This document shows, piece after piece, positions 36,978 through 48,809 of a stretch of 64,000 nucleotides of DNA (the stretch's first letter is position 1; each line of letters opens with the position of its first letter). Origin of the DNA: Candidatus Latescibacterota bacterium (GTDB lineage Bacteria; Latescibacterota; UBA2968); NCBI GenBank assembly GCA_965205975.1, contig OZ242195.1, positions 992,001-1,056,000 of the forward strand, read 5' to 3'. The notes beneath the pieces were generated by a model. The model did not search any database. It was not told where the DNA came from and was given only the letters and a program-made list of their open reading frames with translations. The position numbers and the translations under genes are program-made.

Positions 36978-39008
36978 TTATTTTTTTGATAGGTGCGGCA
37001 GGTAGCCTTGTTGCTGGAGTGTTTGATTCAGAGATTCGGGGTTTGCTTCATTGTTGAGGGTTGCAGTGGTTGGAGAAATGCGATTGCCCAATGCCTGGGC
37101 GATGCGAGGTTGGGCGTAGAGTTCGTCGAGCAATTCACATGTGGTGGTTTTGACACGCCCGATGGCGGGAATGATTTCGATCTCACCGTATTTTTCGTCA
37201 CATTCGGCAATCAAAGCTTCGACCATGTCGGGTAGGCCGCTCGCGCTGTGCTGTGTCAAAAATGCACGTATCTCGTCTCCTGAAAAACCGCGTGCGAATG
37301 CGCGGCGAAGCGAGTCGCGCGAAAGATGGAAACACGTCATCACATCCTGTGTTTTGAGGTCGGCGATGACGCATAGTTTGAGATAGTGTGCGCAGGGAAG
37401 GTCCGGCGGGGATAGAACTTCAAAATTGGGCTGTACAACAAATTTTGCATCTGAATTTTGCAGGGGTATTTGTTCGCTCAGTGCGTCATCATGCGTGTCG
37501 TGTAATAGGGCATAGCCCGCCGGGGTGATTTGAAAGACCGCCTGTTTGCTGTGTTGCAATGGCGCGGAGAAATCGGGAAAGTTGCCCACGCGAACAATGC
37601 CCATATAGGTGAGCGCGCCAGTGATGGTGCGACGCAGCAATTCATCAGCAGTGGTCCCGGTATGGGCTGGATCTTTGGCAAAATGCCGAAAAGGCTCTGA
37701 AAGGCGCGTCAGGAATTGATAATACGACGGATATGTCATCCAGGTATCGGTGGAGCAATGCCGAAGGCTCCGCACGATTTCACTGCGAATATTCTTGAGT
37801 ACTTGCATTCGAGCACTGGTGGCTTTGGTGCGATCGGAAGACCACTCATTCCACCGTTCGCTGTGAAACCAGAATTTAAAGCACGCCTTGCGTATGTCGA
37901 TGATTTGCCCTACCCGGGTGCCGGCATCCAGGGCGGTATGCCAGACTGTGCCCTGAGGGGTTACAAGTTCCATTGTTTCGGCAAAGAGCGTGAGAAATTC
38001 AATATATCCCGGGTCGTTCTGAATATGGCAGTATTTGTTCGCGTCGCGCAAATCGGTTTTGGACATGCCACCGTGTTTGAGTCTGCGGGGCAAGCGTTGT
38101 GTTATAATGCCGAGCAATGTGGTCAGGTCCCGAATGAGAAAGGTGGTGTTTTCACGTATCGCAGCGGGAGTGGTGGTGGATGTTTCGAGGAGGGCATCGA
38201 GGCTACTTTCGAGTTGTCCTCCCTGAGATTGGGCGATTTGGGATAGGGCGGCACACAGGTCTGAAGCGAGATATATCGCAGCATTGGGGGCGTGAAGGTC
38301 GCGGTTAGGAGCGTAAAAGATCGGCATTTTCCAGAGCATGTCTTCCAATTCCCGGACTGCGGACTCTCCCAATTTATCGGCGATTTCGCGGCGTGTGAGT
38401 GCGTTGTCCGGGAGGAACAGGTCGAGAATGGCGCGGCGGTCTTCGCTGAGTGTGTTGAGGTAGGCGTGCAGTGTTTTTGTATCGAGCAGGGTATCTCTTA
38501 TGGCGTTGGATACGATGGGTTTGCGCGTGTCTGAAAGGTTCAGGTCAATCTGATCTGCAAAAGCGCGGAGCAAACCCACAGATACGGGTTTCATGATGGC
38601 GAGCAATCGGCCCTGATTTGCGTTGGGAATGGGGATGGATTTGAGCAGTGATTCGGGTATGCCGATTAGAACATCTGAATCACCCAATGTATGTACGTCT
38701 CGAAATACGAGACCGGTCAAGTCACTGAGTTGTGCATGGAGACGGGGAAGAAATCCGTTGGCAAATTTTTCAACGGCTTCGGTTTCTAAAAGCTCGCCCC
38801 CTTCAGCGGCGAGTGTCTGTACCATTGCGCGTTGTTCCGGTGATAGGGCAGCGAGACTCTTGGCTATGTGCTCTGGGTCGGGGAGTATGCGGCAAAGCGC
38901 GTCGGCGAGGAAGGTTTTGTTGCTGCCAGTGGGATCAATACCCACGTCGCGGGCGAGTTGACAGAGCGTGCTGAAGGGATATTGTGTGAGTGCTGTGCGT
39001 AGTTTCAT
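36978..39008 (-). CDS. Helicase-associated (Helicase_C_3, XPB-partner type) protein
   Basis: C-terminal VVQPNFEV..LSRDSLRRA..G..FL..HS..LP..V motif; repeated N-terminal helical units. Confidence 0.7.
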   Translation of the reverse strand: MKLRTALTQYPFSTLCQLARDVGIDPTGSNKTFLADALCRILPDPEHIAKSLAALSPEQRAMVQTLAAEGGELLETEAVEKFANGFLPRLHAQLSDLTGLVFRDVHTLGDSDVLIGIPESLLKSIPIPNANQGRLLAIMKPVSVGLLRAFADQIDLNLSDTRKPIVSNAIRDTLLDTKTLHAYLNTLSEDRRAILDLFLPDNALTRREIADKLGESAVRELEDMLWKMPIFYAPNRDLHAPNAAIYLASDLCAALSQIAQSQGGQLESSLDALLETSTTTPAAIRENTTFLIRDLTTLLGIITQRLPRRLKHGGMSKTDLRDANKYCHIQNDPGYIEFLTLFAETMELVTPQGTVWHTALDAGTRVGQIIDIRKACFKFWFHSERWNEWSSDRTKATSARMQVLKNIRSEIVRSLRHCSTDTWMTYPSYYQFLTRLSEPFRHFAKDPAHTGTTADELLRRTITGALTYMGIVRVGNFPDFSAPLQHSKQAVFQITPAGYALLHDTHDDALSEQIPLQNSDAKFVVQPNFEVLSPPDLPCAHYLKLCVIADLKTQDVMTCFHLSRDSLRRAFARGFSGDEIRAFLTQHSASGLPDMVEALIAECDEKYGEIEIIPAIGRVKTTTCELLDELYAQPRIAQALGNRISPTTATLNNEANPESLNQTLQQQGYLPHLSKK

Positions 39009-39021
39009 GATGGAGACAGTA

Positions 39022-39052
39022 AAAATTAAGACACTTGCAAACGCAAGTGCCT
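39022..39052 (-). terminator. Intrinsic terminator downstream of tRNA
   Basis: Minus strand AGGCACTTGC-GTTT-GCAAGTGTCT followed by TAATTTTT. Confidence 0.65.
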
Positions 39053-39060
39053 AAAAAAAG

Positions 39061-39133
39061 TGGAGCCGAGCGGGATCGAACCGCCGACCTTTTGACTGCC
39101 AGTCAAACGCTCTCCCAGTTGAGCTACGGCCCC
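39061..39133 (-). tRNA. tRNA-Ala (GGC), CCA not encoded
   Basis: GGGGCCGTAGCTCAACTGGGAGAGCG-TTTGAC-TGGCA-GTCAAA-..GGTTCGATCCC..GGCTCCA cloverleaf with G3:U70. Confidence 0.97.
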
Positions 39134-39150
39134 ACATCTACACGCAGTCA

Positions 39151-39179
39151 AGAGTAACAAAATGAGATGGGTCTGTCAA
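39151..39179 (-). promoter_or_regulatory. sigma70 promoter of tRNA-Ala
   Basis: TTGACA-17bp-TACTCT on minus strand. Confidence 0.65.
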
Positions 39180-39198
39180 GCAAAAAGCCGATTGCAGG

Positions 39199-41253
<2,055 letters not shown>

Positions 41254-41313
41254 TTAATACATCACTTTTTTGTCTGTCCCGGTCTTTAGATCATCCACCT
41301 GAGCCATCAGTCC

Positions 41314-41946
41314 TTAATGCTGCCTATCTCGAGGAAACCAGGCACGTAGAATGTCTTGAAATTCTTGGAACGATCTATCCGCACATCGGCGCAAGGAAAC
41401 CCTTTGTGCAATCTGCTGATATAGGGACGAACTGCGTTGTATGCGTGCCTCGCGTAAGGCCGCTTGAAATGCCTCTTTGGGCCTATTGGGCTTGACCTCA
41501 CCACTCTGGAGCCAACCTCGCTCGACCAGCCATTGCTTAAGCGAAGGCTGTCGGTTCTTCCATCCTGCCACATCGTCAACATGGGGTGAACCGCTCCAGA
41601 CCCACGCTTCAAGCTCCGGCGACAAAATGATCGCTCTGGCTCGCTTACCCCATGCTGAGCGGTCAAATTCTCCATTGAGAGTCTCTTGCAATTCCTGTGG
41701 TTGCTGCCTGTGTTCTCTTCCACTTCCTTCATAGTCGAATATGAGCAAACCATGGTGATAGTTTTTTGAGAGATTGGACAGGAATGCAACGCCGTGCTGT
41801 GTACAGCCAGGGTCATGTTGTGGATGAATATAAATATCCTCTTCGATTGTCCGGATACCCAGTGCTTGTGGCCTCGTAAACAATCCCTTCAGCGCGTATT
41901 CGATATTTTTGTCAGCAGCGAGAACAACGAGGTCTTTCCGATTCAT
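41314..41946 (-). CDS. Putative TOPRIM/DUF4276-like nuclease partner (MAD4-like)
   Basis: DLVVLAADKNIE, HPQHDPGC, FDYEG, PELEAWVW, RPKEA motifs; 4-nt overlap with the ATPase gene. Confidence 0.6.
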   Translation of the reverse strand: MNRKDLVVLAADKNIEYALKGLFTRPQALGIRTIEEDIYIHPQHDPGCTQHGVAFLSNLSKNYHHGLLIFDYEGSGREHRQQPQELQETLNGEFDRSAWGKRARAIILSPELEAWVWSGSPHVDDVAGWKNRQPSLKQWLVERGWLQSGEVKPNRPKEAFQAALREARIQRSSSLYQQIAQRVSLRRCADRSFQEFQDILRAWFPRDRQH

Positions 41947-43205
41947 CCCAAGACTCCCGATGCGAGCAATGTACCGAGATCAACCTCGCCTTGCCACTGT
42001 TGAAGCAAGGGATGTTCGGAACCAAGAACTATGTCAGTTGAACCATTGTCATTCTTGGCAAAGCAGAGTACATCATCCAGGCTGGCTGTGCTCAATACCA
42101 CTGGCGAATGGGTCGCCAATAGCACTTGGGCTTCATACATTGAGGAGAGGGAATCGTATGCTGTAGCCACAGCTCTTGGATGAATCCCATTCTCTGGCTC
42201 CTCTATCAGATAGATGCCTTGAAGGTCGGGCAAATAAGCTGGCAAGGTGAGTGCCGTAAGTCTGAGTGTGCCATCGGAAACTAACCACGAAGGTAATTTT
42301 AGCCCTTCCTCATACTCGTAGATCATATAACAATGCCTATCATCCTCACGTATAGAGGTTGTGATGTCCACCAGGTCGGGGAGTGCAGTCCTTAGATGAG
42401 AGATCCATGCGCGATGTTGTTCTTGATTTTTTTCACGCAGACGATCGACAACCCAGGGAATATTTGATCCGTCCGACAAGAAACCCGTAGCCCGCGTTGG
42501 CGGACTTGGGCGCTTAATCTCAAGGCTATTGAGCATGAATTTCTGAACTTCGCTGGTCAGGTATTTTTGAAACCATATAGCCACGGGAAAAGAGCTTTCG
42601 TCTATCAGAAGATGACCAAGGGCCGATCTTTGCGGCCCAAGTTTGATCGAAGGTGCCCAACCTTTGCCTGAGCGAGCATAGGTTTCGCTGTAGAAATTGT
42701 CATTTCCACCCGGTACTTTGTTGAGTACGATCTTGTTATCTCGCTGGTGAACCTTGCTTAGCAATGAATCTGGCACCGAGGGAGATATGGGGAATAATGA
42801 ACGCTGCACTGGTTTCAAAACCTCGGCATTTTTTAATAAGAGTGTCTCAGCCTTGAGTTCGAACCGGTGTTGTGTTTCATCAAAACCGACAGCCACTTCG
42901 TATCTTACCGTATCCAAATCCGGTTTTGCCGTCAATTCGCGCAGATTATCGGGAATCCGTGCCTCAATCGCCAATTCTAACCTTTCACCTTTCTGGCGAA
43001 AGAGGAGTCCTTTAGGATCCGAGGTGGTGCGCTCCGACAGGGCCACTTCCAATCCCTCGGATACCAGATCACTCAGAAAACCGAGGACATCCAAAAAGGT
43101 TGTCTTACCCGATGCATTCGGACCGACCAGGACATGAAAGGGTTTCATAGGTCTCTGCACATACTGTAAACAGCGGTAGTTCAGAGCTTCAATAAACGTA
43201 ATCAT
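41943..43205 (-). CDS. AAA_21/ABC-type ATPase (MAD3-like)
   Basis: NYRCL, GPNASGKT, SDGTLR, IEEPENGIHP, ATHSP. Confidence 0.85.
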   Translation of the reverse strand: MITFIEALNYRCLQYVQRPMKPFHVLVGPNASGKTTFLDVLGFLSDLVSEGLEVALSERTTSDPKGLLFRQKGERLELAIEARIPDNLRELTAKPDLDTVRYEVAVGFDETQHRFELKAETLLLKNAEVLKPVQRSLFPISPSVPDSLLSKVHQRDNKIVLNKVPGGNDNFYSETYARSGKGWAPSIKLGPQRSALGHLLIDESSFPVAIWFQKYLTSEVQKFMLNSLEIKRPSPPTRATGFLSDGSNIPWVVDRLREKNQEQHRAWISHLRTALPDLVDITTSIREDDRHCYMIYEYEEGLKLPSWLVSDGTLRLTALTLPAYLPDLQGIYLIEEPENGIHPRAVATAYDSLSSMYEAQVLLATHSPVVLSTASLDDVLCFAKNDNGSTDIVLGSEHPLLQQWQGEVDLGTLLASGVLG

Positions 43206-43365
43206 CAGCTATCTCCATAATGGCCTGAATTCGGTAAGTCTGACATAATCATGCCCCATTTTATGATAAATATATCAAGGAACGATAGGGTAAACCAGTC
43301 CAAAATTGGGCAAACTAAATAAAGGGCGTCAGTAGAGTGTCTGAGATGTGACTGCGTAACTTTTT

Positions 43366-44205
43366 TTAATTAAAAAGAAAAGCGGCGAGTCCAAGTAGCA
43401 TCCCTGCTTTGAGCAGTTTGTTGAGGTATCCGAGTGCGTCTTTTTGCCAGAGGCGGATGAGGACAAAGATGAGTAAAAGATTGAGGAGGAGAATCAGGCA
43501 GAGATAAATCGAACCGTAAATGCCCAGGAGCGCGGGCAATGGGGTGGCGATGATGAGGATTGTAAAGATGCTGGTGATCAGAATTCGTGCGGTTTTTTCT
43601 CCCCAGGAGATGGGTACAGTGCTGCCCGATAACTGGCGGTCGCCCGCACTGTCTTCGAGGTCTTTGAGAAGTTCGCGCCCCAGGTGAAACAGAAAGGCAA
43701 AGCCCGCGATGAGATAGGGAGCGGATATGTTCTCGACGGCTGTGCCACCATAGAGAAATGCCAGACCGCCCAGCGTGCTCACTGTGAGATTGCCGATGAG
43801 AGGTACGCGTTTGAGATAGGTATTGTAAAGGGTCAGGCACGCGATGGCAATGAGGGCAATGGCGAGGGCAGGCGTTGGCAAGGGGAGGGCGAGGAGAATG
43901 CCCGCGAGGAGGAAAATACCCATTTCTATGCGCGCGATGCCGGGAGATAAACGGCCTGAAGGAAGTGGGCGGTGCGGTTTGTTTATGCGGTCTTCGGTGA
44001 TGCCACACAGGTCATTGAGCGCGTTGCCTCCCGCGGTGATGAGGGCAGCGGATAGCGCGGCAAATAGCAGGGGTTCGGTGATCCTGTGAATCCCGAGCCA
44101 GCCACCGAGGAGTACAGAAGCAAAGGTTATGAGGCAGTTGATCGGGCGAGGGAGTTCTATTGCGGCGTAAAATCTGGTCTTGCGGAAGGGCATTGCGGTG
44201 GTCAT
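43366..44205 (-). CDS. UbiA-family prenyltransferase, DGGGP-synthase-like
   Basis: RPIN, GNALND..EDRINKPHRPLPSGR, LKR.PL.GN, RELLKDLED..GD. Confidence 0.85.
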   Translation of the reverse strand: MTTAMPFRKTRFYAAIELPRPINCLITFASVLLGGWLGIHRITEPLLFAALSAALITAGGNALNDLCGITEDRINKPHRPLPSGRLSPGIARIEMGIFLLAGILLALPLPTPALAIALIAIACLTLYNTYLKRVPLIGNLTVSTLGGLAFLYGGTAVENISAPYLIAGFAFLFHLGRELLKDLEDSAGDRQLSGSTVPISWGEKTARILITSIFTILIIATPLPALLGIYGSIYLCLILLLNLLLIFVLIRLWQKDALGYLNKLLKAGMLLGLAAFLFN

Positions 44206-44207
44206 CC

Positions 44208-44312
44208 AATCAGCGAAGCAGCGATGGAGTTTGTAACAATACTGACTTACATCATGTCAGCACATGCTTTGGGAGGTAGGGCGGGGTTCGTCTATTCGTC
44301 TATTCGTCTATT
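44208..44312. repeat. Octamer-array element, copy 2
   Basis: 44267-44312 matches 8882-8927 at 43/46 nt; degenerate left arm AATCAGCGAAGCAGCGATGGAGTT. Confidence 0.85.
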
Positions 44313-44319
44313 CGCGTTC

Positions 44320-46008
44320 TCACGCTTCTTCAAAGACATCGTCTGCGTCTCGAATGGTGTAGCGATAGCCCTGTTCGGTGAGGAAGGTCTGGCGGTTTCG
44401 GGCAAATTCTTGTTCGCGGGTGTCGCGCGTGACGAGGGTGTAAAAATGAGCCAGGCTGCCGTCGGATTTGGGGCGCAATATGCGGCCGAGGCGCTGGGCT
44501 TCTTCCTGGCGCGAGCCATAAGTGCCAGAAATCTGAATGGCGACGCTGGCATCGGGCAGATCGACGGCAAAATTGGCGACTTTGGATACGACAAGGATCT
44601 TGATTTTGCCCTTTCGAAATGCTTCGTAGAGGTGGTCGCGGTCTTCGCTGGGGGTTTTGCCCATTATTAACGGGGCGTCGAGTTCTCGTGCAATATATTC
44701 GACCTGGCGGATGTATTGCCCAATGACGAGGATTTGGTCGCCTTCGTGTTTTTTTAACAGATGTTTGACCATGTGGATTTTGTCGGCATTTTCCGATGCA
44801 ATGCGGAATTTGGCACGTCTATCTGCTATGGCATAGCTGAGCCGCTTGCTCTGGGGTAATGGCAGGCGAATTTCACAGCATTCTGCGGTTGCTATCCAGC
44901 CGCTGGATTCAAGCTCGCGCCAGGGCACGTCGTAGCGCTTGGGTCCAATGAGCGAAAAGACATCGGTTTCGAGGCCATCTTCGCGCACGAGGGTGGCTGT
45001 GAGACCCAGACGACGTCGAGATTGCAATTCGGCGGTAAAGCGAAATACGGGTGCGGGAAGCAGGTGAACTTCATCGTAAATAATGAGGCCCCAATTGCCC
45101 TGATTGAAAATGCCGAAGTGGGGGAAATCTTCCTCCCGACTCTTGCGATAGGTCAAGATATTGTAGGTGGCAATGGTAACGGGCCGGATTTCTTTGCGCT
45201 CTCCGGAATATTCGCCTATCTGGTCGTCAGAGAGACTCGTTTTGTCGATGAGTTCTGCTTTCCACTGGCGCGACGCCGTGATATTGGTGGTCAGGATCAG
45301 GGTTTCGCACTGGAGGGTATTCATCGCGGCCATGCCCACAATGGTTTTGCCCGCGCCGCAGGGCAAAACTACTGTGCCGCTTCCGCCATCTGGACCTCCG
45401 CCCGCGTGGAATATATCGACGGCTTCGCGCTGATAATCGCGCAATGCAAAGGGATTGCCCGACAGGGCAATCTGGCGATGTTGAAATTTGAGTGTTCTGC
45501 CTTTGAGGTATCCCGCGCGATCTTTGACCGGGAATCCGATGCGCGTGAGAGCCTGTTTGAGGTGTCCTCGATAGAGGGGTAAAACGCTGATGTGGTGGGC
45601 ATCGAGTCGTTTTTCTATATAGGGCTGGACGGTTTTGTGGCGGCAGATTTCAAGGATGATTAGCGGGTCATTGGAAGACAGGATGAGCGCGTCGTCTTCT
45701 TTGTCGAGATAGACTTTGCCATAGCGGCTCATAGCCTCGCGGATTTCAACGCTTACATTCTGGGGAATATCGTATTTGCCGTAGGTTTCGAGGGTGGCGA
45801 TGATTTCTTCGGTGGTGACGCCGGCTGCGGCTGCATTCCAGAGCGAGAGGGGATTGACGCGGTACGTGTGTATGTGCTCTGGACTTTTTTCCAACTCGGC
45901 AAAGCGCACGAGCCGATCTCGCGCCGCTTCGTACTTGGGCGAATTGACTTCGACGAGAACCGTGAGGTCGCTCTGGATGATGAGAGGATTTTCGGGGTTG
46001 TAGTTCAT
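44320..46008 (-). CDS. XPB/Ssl2-like SF2 DNA helicase
   Basis: FAELEKSPEHIHTYR, LRDYQ, LPCGAGKT, DEVH, GLTATLVRED, QRLGRILRPK. Confidence 0.93.
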   Translation of the reverse strand: MNYNPENPLIIQSDLTVLVEVNSPKYEAARDRLVRFAELEKSPEHIHTYRVNPLSLWNAAAAGVTTEEIIATLETYGKYDIPQNVSVEIREAMSRYGKVYLDKEDDALILSSNDPLIILEICRHKTVQPYIEKRLDAHHISVLPLYRGHLKQALTRIGFPVKDRAGYLKGRTLKFQHRQIALSGNPFALRDYQREAVDIFHAGGGPDGGSGTVVLPCGAGKTIVGMAAMNTLQCETLILTTNITASRQWKAELIDKTSLSDDQIGEYSGERKEIRPVTIATYNILTYRKSREEDFPHFGIFNQGNWGLIIYDEVHLLPAPVFRFTAELQSRRRLGLTATLVREDGLETDVFSLIGPKRYDVPWRELESSGWIATAECCEIRLPLPQSKRLSYAIADRRAKFRIASENADKIHMVKHLLKKHEGDQILVIGQYIRQVEYIARELDAPLIMGKTPSEDRDHLYEAFRKGKIKILVVSKVANFAVDLPDASVAIQISGTYGSRQEEAQRLGRILRPKSDGSLAHFYTLVTRDTREQEFARNRQTFLTEQGYRYTIRDADDVFEEA

Positions 46009-46013
46009 ATTTT

Positions 46014-47702
46014 TTATCCGCGTTCTATTGTCACGTAATACGCACCGGCGAGGCGATTGCCATTCGCGTCTATCCACCAGGTTTGCAAAGTTGTGGGACC
46101 GCTCGATAAATCCACTGTAAATGTTACGGACAGGTCATCGGGACGCACGTCCATTTCATGTTCAGAGCCGTTGATCTGAATCCACGCCCGATCTGCGGGG
46201 AGTGCTTTGCCAGCCATTAATGTACCGTCAACACCTTCCATCACGGGAGCCGGTGCTGTAATTGCGAGATTCGATTCTCGGGGCCAGCGCCGCAAGGTGA
46301 TGTCGTATTTTCCGGATTGTGCAACTGCGAGTTGCCAGATACCGCTGTCCATCACACATCCGCGCACGCCATTGGGATTGTCGCAATAGACCTCCATCCA
46401 ATCGCAACTGGACAATCGCGTGGAACTTTCTTCTTTTGTTCCAATGGAAATGGGGTAGTAAATATCGAGATTTGCGCCAAGCTCATCCCACCATGCATCG
46501 TAATGCGCCCGCATCTTTTGCAAGACATCGGGGTGTTGGTCGTCGATGTTGTGTTCTTGCGCGGGATCGCTGTCGAGGTGATACAGTTCGGTATAATCTA
46601 CGAGACGCCATCGATTCCACAAAACTGCGGCATTGCCTTTGCGCGTGGTTCGATTCCCCGTTGGGACATTGTGGCCGTATTGTACGACGAGCATCCGATT
46701 TTCCAATTCTTCCCGTTCGCGCAAGAGGCCGATCAGAGAGACGCCGTCATAGGCAGTTCCTTCTGGTTCGTCGAGGCCGCAGAGGGAGACCAGGGTTGGC
46801 AAGACATCTGTACCGTGCGTGGGGTCGGGTATATCGCGGGGGTCTCCCAACTGGCCTTCGGGCCAGCGAATAAAAAACGGAACGCGATGACCGCCTTCAT
46901 AGAGCGTGGTCTTTTTTCCGCGCATGCCGGCGTTGTACACTGTTTCTCCGTTAGCCGTCCCATTATCGGTCATAAAAATCAGAATGGTATTGTCTCGCAG
47001 TCCGGTTTTGTGGAGAAAGGCGTCGAGTTTGCCCATGTTTTCGTCGATATTGGCAATCATTCCGTAAAAGCTGGCGACATTATATGCAACATGTTCGAGA
47101 TAGGGTTGGCGGTATTTGTCGGGAACCCACAGCGGGGTATGGGGTGCGTTGGTGGCGATATACGCAAAAAATGGCGCATCGCCCTGTTTCTCGATCCAGT
47201 TCATGGCTTCGTCAAACCACACATCTGTGCAATATCCTTCAAAGGCCTCAATTGTTCCATTGTGTCGATAGTGGTCGTCGAAATAATCATTCCCAAAATA
47301 ATCTGCAGCGGATGTAATTCCCCAGGCGGGATGGTGAATTGTTTCGTGAAATCCCCGATCCTGTGGGCGGTAGGGATAATTGTCGCCGAGGTGCCATTTG
47401 CCAAAATGTCCCGTGCGGTAGCCATTCAGGCCAAAAATATCCGACATGGTCGGCAGTTCGGGATTTATCAATGACCGCCCCATGCACACAAATGTGGCGC
47501 CATTGCGAAGCGCGTCCTGGCCTGTCAGCAGTTCGCCGCGCGTTGGTGTACACATGGGCGCGACGTGGAAATCTGTGAATCGGATGCTCTCGTCGTGTAA
47601 TGCGTCTAAATTTGGCGTCTTTATGATCGGATTGCCATGGCAAGAGAGATCGCCATAGCCCTGGTCGTCGGTGAGAACAAAAATCACATTGGGTTTGTCC
47701 AT
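46014..47702 (-). CDS. Arylsulfatase (Cys-type)
   Basis: PNVIFVLTDDQGYGD, CTPTR, GKWHLG, DNG, YEGGHRVP. Confidence 0.92.
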   Translation of the reverse strand: MDKPNVIFVLTDDQGYGDLSCHGNPIIKTPNLDALHDESIRFTDFHVAPMCTPTRGELLTGQDALRNGATFVCMGRSLINPELPTMSDIFGLNGYRTGHFGKWHLGDNYPYRPQDRGFHETIHHPAWGITSAADYFGNDYFDDHYRHNGTIEAFEGYCTDVWFDEAMNWIEKQGDAPFFAYIATNAPHTPLWVPDKYRQPYLEHVAYNVASFYGMIANIDENMGKLDAFLHKTGLRDNTILIFMTDNGTANGETVYNAGMRGKKTTLYEGGHRVPFFIRWPEGQLGDPRDIPDPTHGTDVLPTLVSLCGLDEPEGTAYDGVSLIGLLREREELENRMLVVQYGHNVPTGNRTTRKGNAAVLWNRWRLVDYTELYHLDSDPAQEHNIDDQHPDVLQKMRAHYDAWWDELGANLDIYYPISIGTKEESSTRLSSCDWMEVYCDNPNGVRGCVMDSGIWQLAVAQSGKYDITLRRWPRESNLAITAPAPVMEGVDGTLMAGKALPADRAWIQINGSEHEMDVRPDDLSVTFTVDLSSGPTTLQTWWIDANGNRLAGAYYVTIERG

Positions 47703-47718
47703 ATCCTCTCCAGAAATA

Positions 47719-48732
47719 TCATTTGTTTTGAAAAAACGCGCGGTTAATGGTGAAAGATTTGGCGACGAGATCTACCCGTCTCAAAATGGCCCCCTTTTTT
47801 TTATTGGGCGCATAGAGTCCCATGTCGATAAAAAAGAATCGGTTGAGATCGACATCGATAAAAGCATAGCTCTTAAAAGGTCCGCCTTTCCACTCGGCTT
47901 CATTTTCCCAAAGGCCCTGAAGTACTACGGCGAGTTTGCCCGCAAATTCGACCTGACCAACGGTAACTTCGCCGAGGACGATGCGGTCGCCACCAAACCA
48001 CTGCCCCATGATGTCGTCGCGTTTTTGAATAACCCAGTCTTCGGTGAGCTGATCGGGGTGTACATTATCTTCCCAATAGACGGAAAGCCAGCGGTTGGGA
48101 TTATCTCTGGCAAGCACGACAAAGTTGGGATAGGTCTCGAGGATGCTGTAGCCAAAGGGCACGCGCACATTCCAACCGTAGGTTTCGGCGAGTTCCTGGG
48201 TGATATTTTTTCGCTCGCCAAAGCTGTAAACATTTTCTCGCACACTGTGATCAACGGCATTTTCCAGGGTGCTATACAAGCGATCGGATTCCATAAAGAG
48301 GTTTTCAACGGTGGTTTCTATATCTTTGCCGGACACGATATAAAGGGTTTGATCTCTGGCCCACACGTTTTTTTTCCAGGTTACACCTGCGCGACTGTCC
48401 AAAATGGTTTGTTGTACTTCGGGACTGAGTATCTCTTTGATGAATTGCGCGGTGGGATGATTGGCATTGAGGGGCGCGATAACCATGAGGCTTTTGCGCT
48501 GATCGTGTTTGTGCGCGCTGAGGAAATTGACATCGCCCCATTCAATTTCATAAATGCGTTCGGCCTGGGGCGTATAGATAACGGTTTCAAAAATTTCGCG
48601 AAGGGGGTCTTCCAGCGTTTGCCAATCGGTGGAGTCGGCCAGTACAATGATTTTGCGGGCGGGGCCAAGAGATTCGGGCAAGTGGTCACCACATCCGATG
48701 CACAAGAGCAAGAAAAATAGAAAAATGCGCAT
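47719..48732 (-). CDS. Lipoprotein, DUF4837-like
   Basis: Lipobox CIGC; TPQ.E, NVWA..Q, GLWEN..GGPF.SY motifs. Confidence 0.7.
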   Translation of the reverse strand: MRIFLFFLLLCIGCGDHLPESLGPARKIIVLADSTDWQTLEDPLREIFETVIYTPQAERIYEIEWGDVNFLSAHKHDQRKSLMVIAPLNANHPTAQFIKEILSPEVQQTILDSRAGVTWKKNVWARDQTLYIVSGKDIETTVENLFMESDRLYSTLENAVDHSVRENVYSFGERKNITQELAETYGWNVRVPFGYSILETYPNFVVLARDNPNRWLSVYWEDNVHPDQLTEDWVIQKRDDIMGQWFGGDRIVLGEVTVGQVEFAGKLAVVLQGLWENEAEWKGGPFKSYAFIDVDLNRFFFIDMGLYAPNKKKGAILRRVDLVAKSFTINRAFFQNK

Positions 48733-48809
48733 AAAACGGTACCCAGTAGAAAGGGGAACGAGAAAAGATAAAGATAACAGGATTTAGAGAGAGAAACAAT
48801 GTTCAAGTT

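Noticed and set aside
39061..39133. tRNA-Ala as an island integration site
   Set aside because: No integrase and no duplicated tRNA 3' end found in the window
46317..47474. 385-aa plus-strand ORF
   Set aside because: Lies entirely antisense to a well-supported arylsulfatase
47671..48720. 349-aa plus-strand ORF
   Set aside because: Antisense shadow of the DUF4837-like lipoprotein; no recognisable motifs
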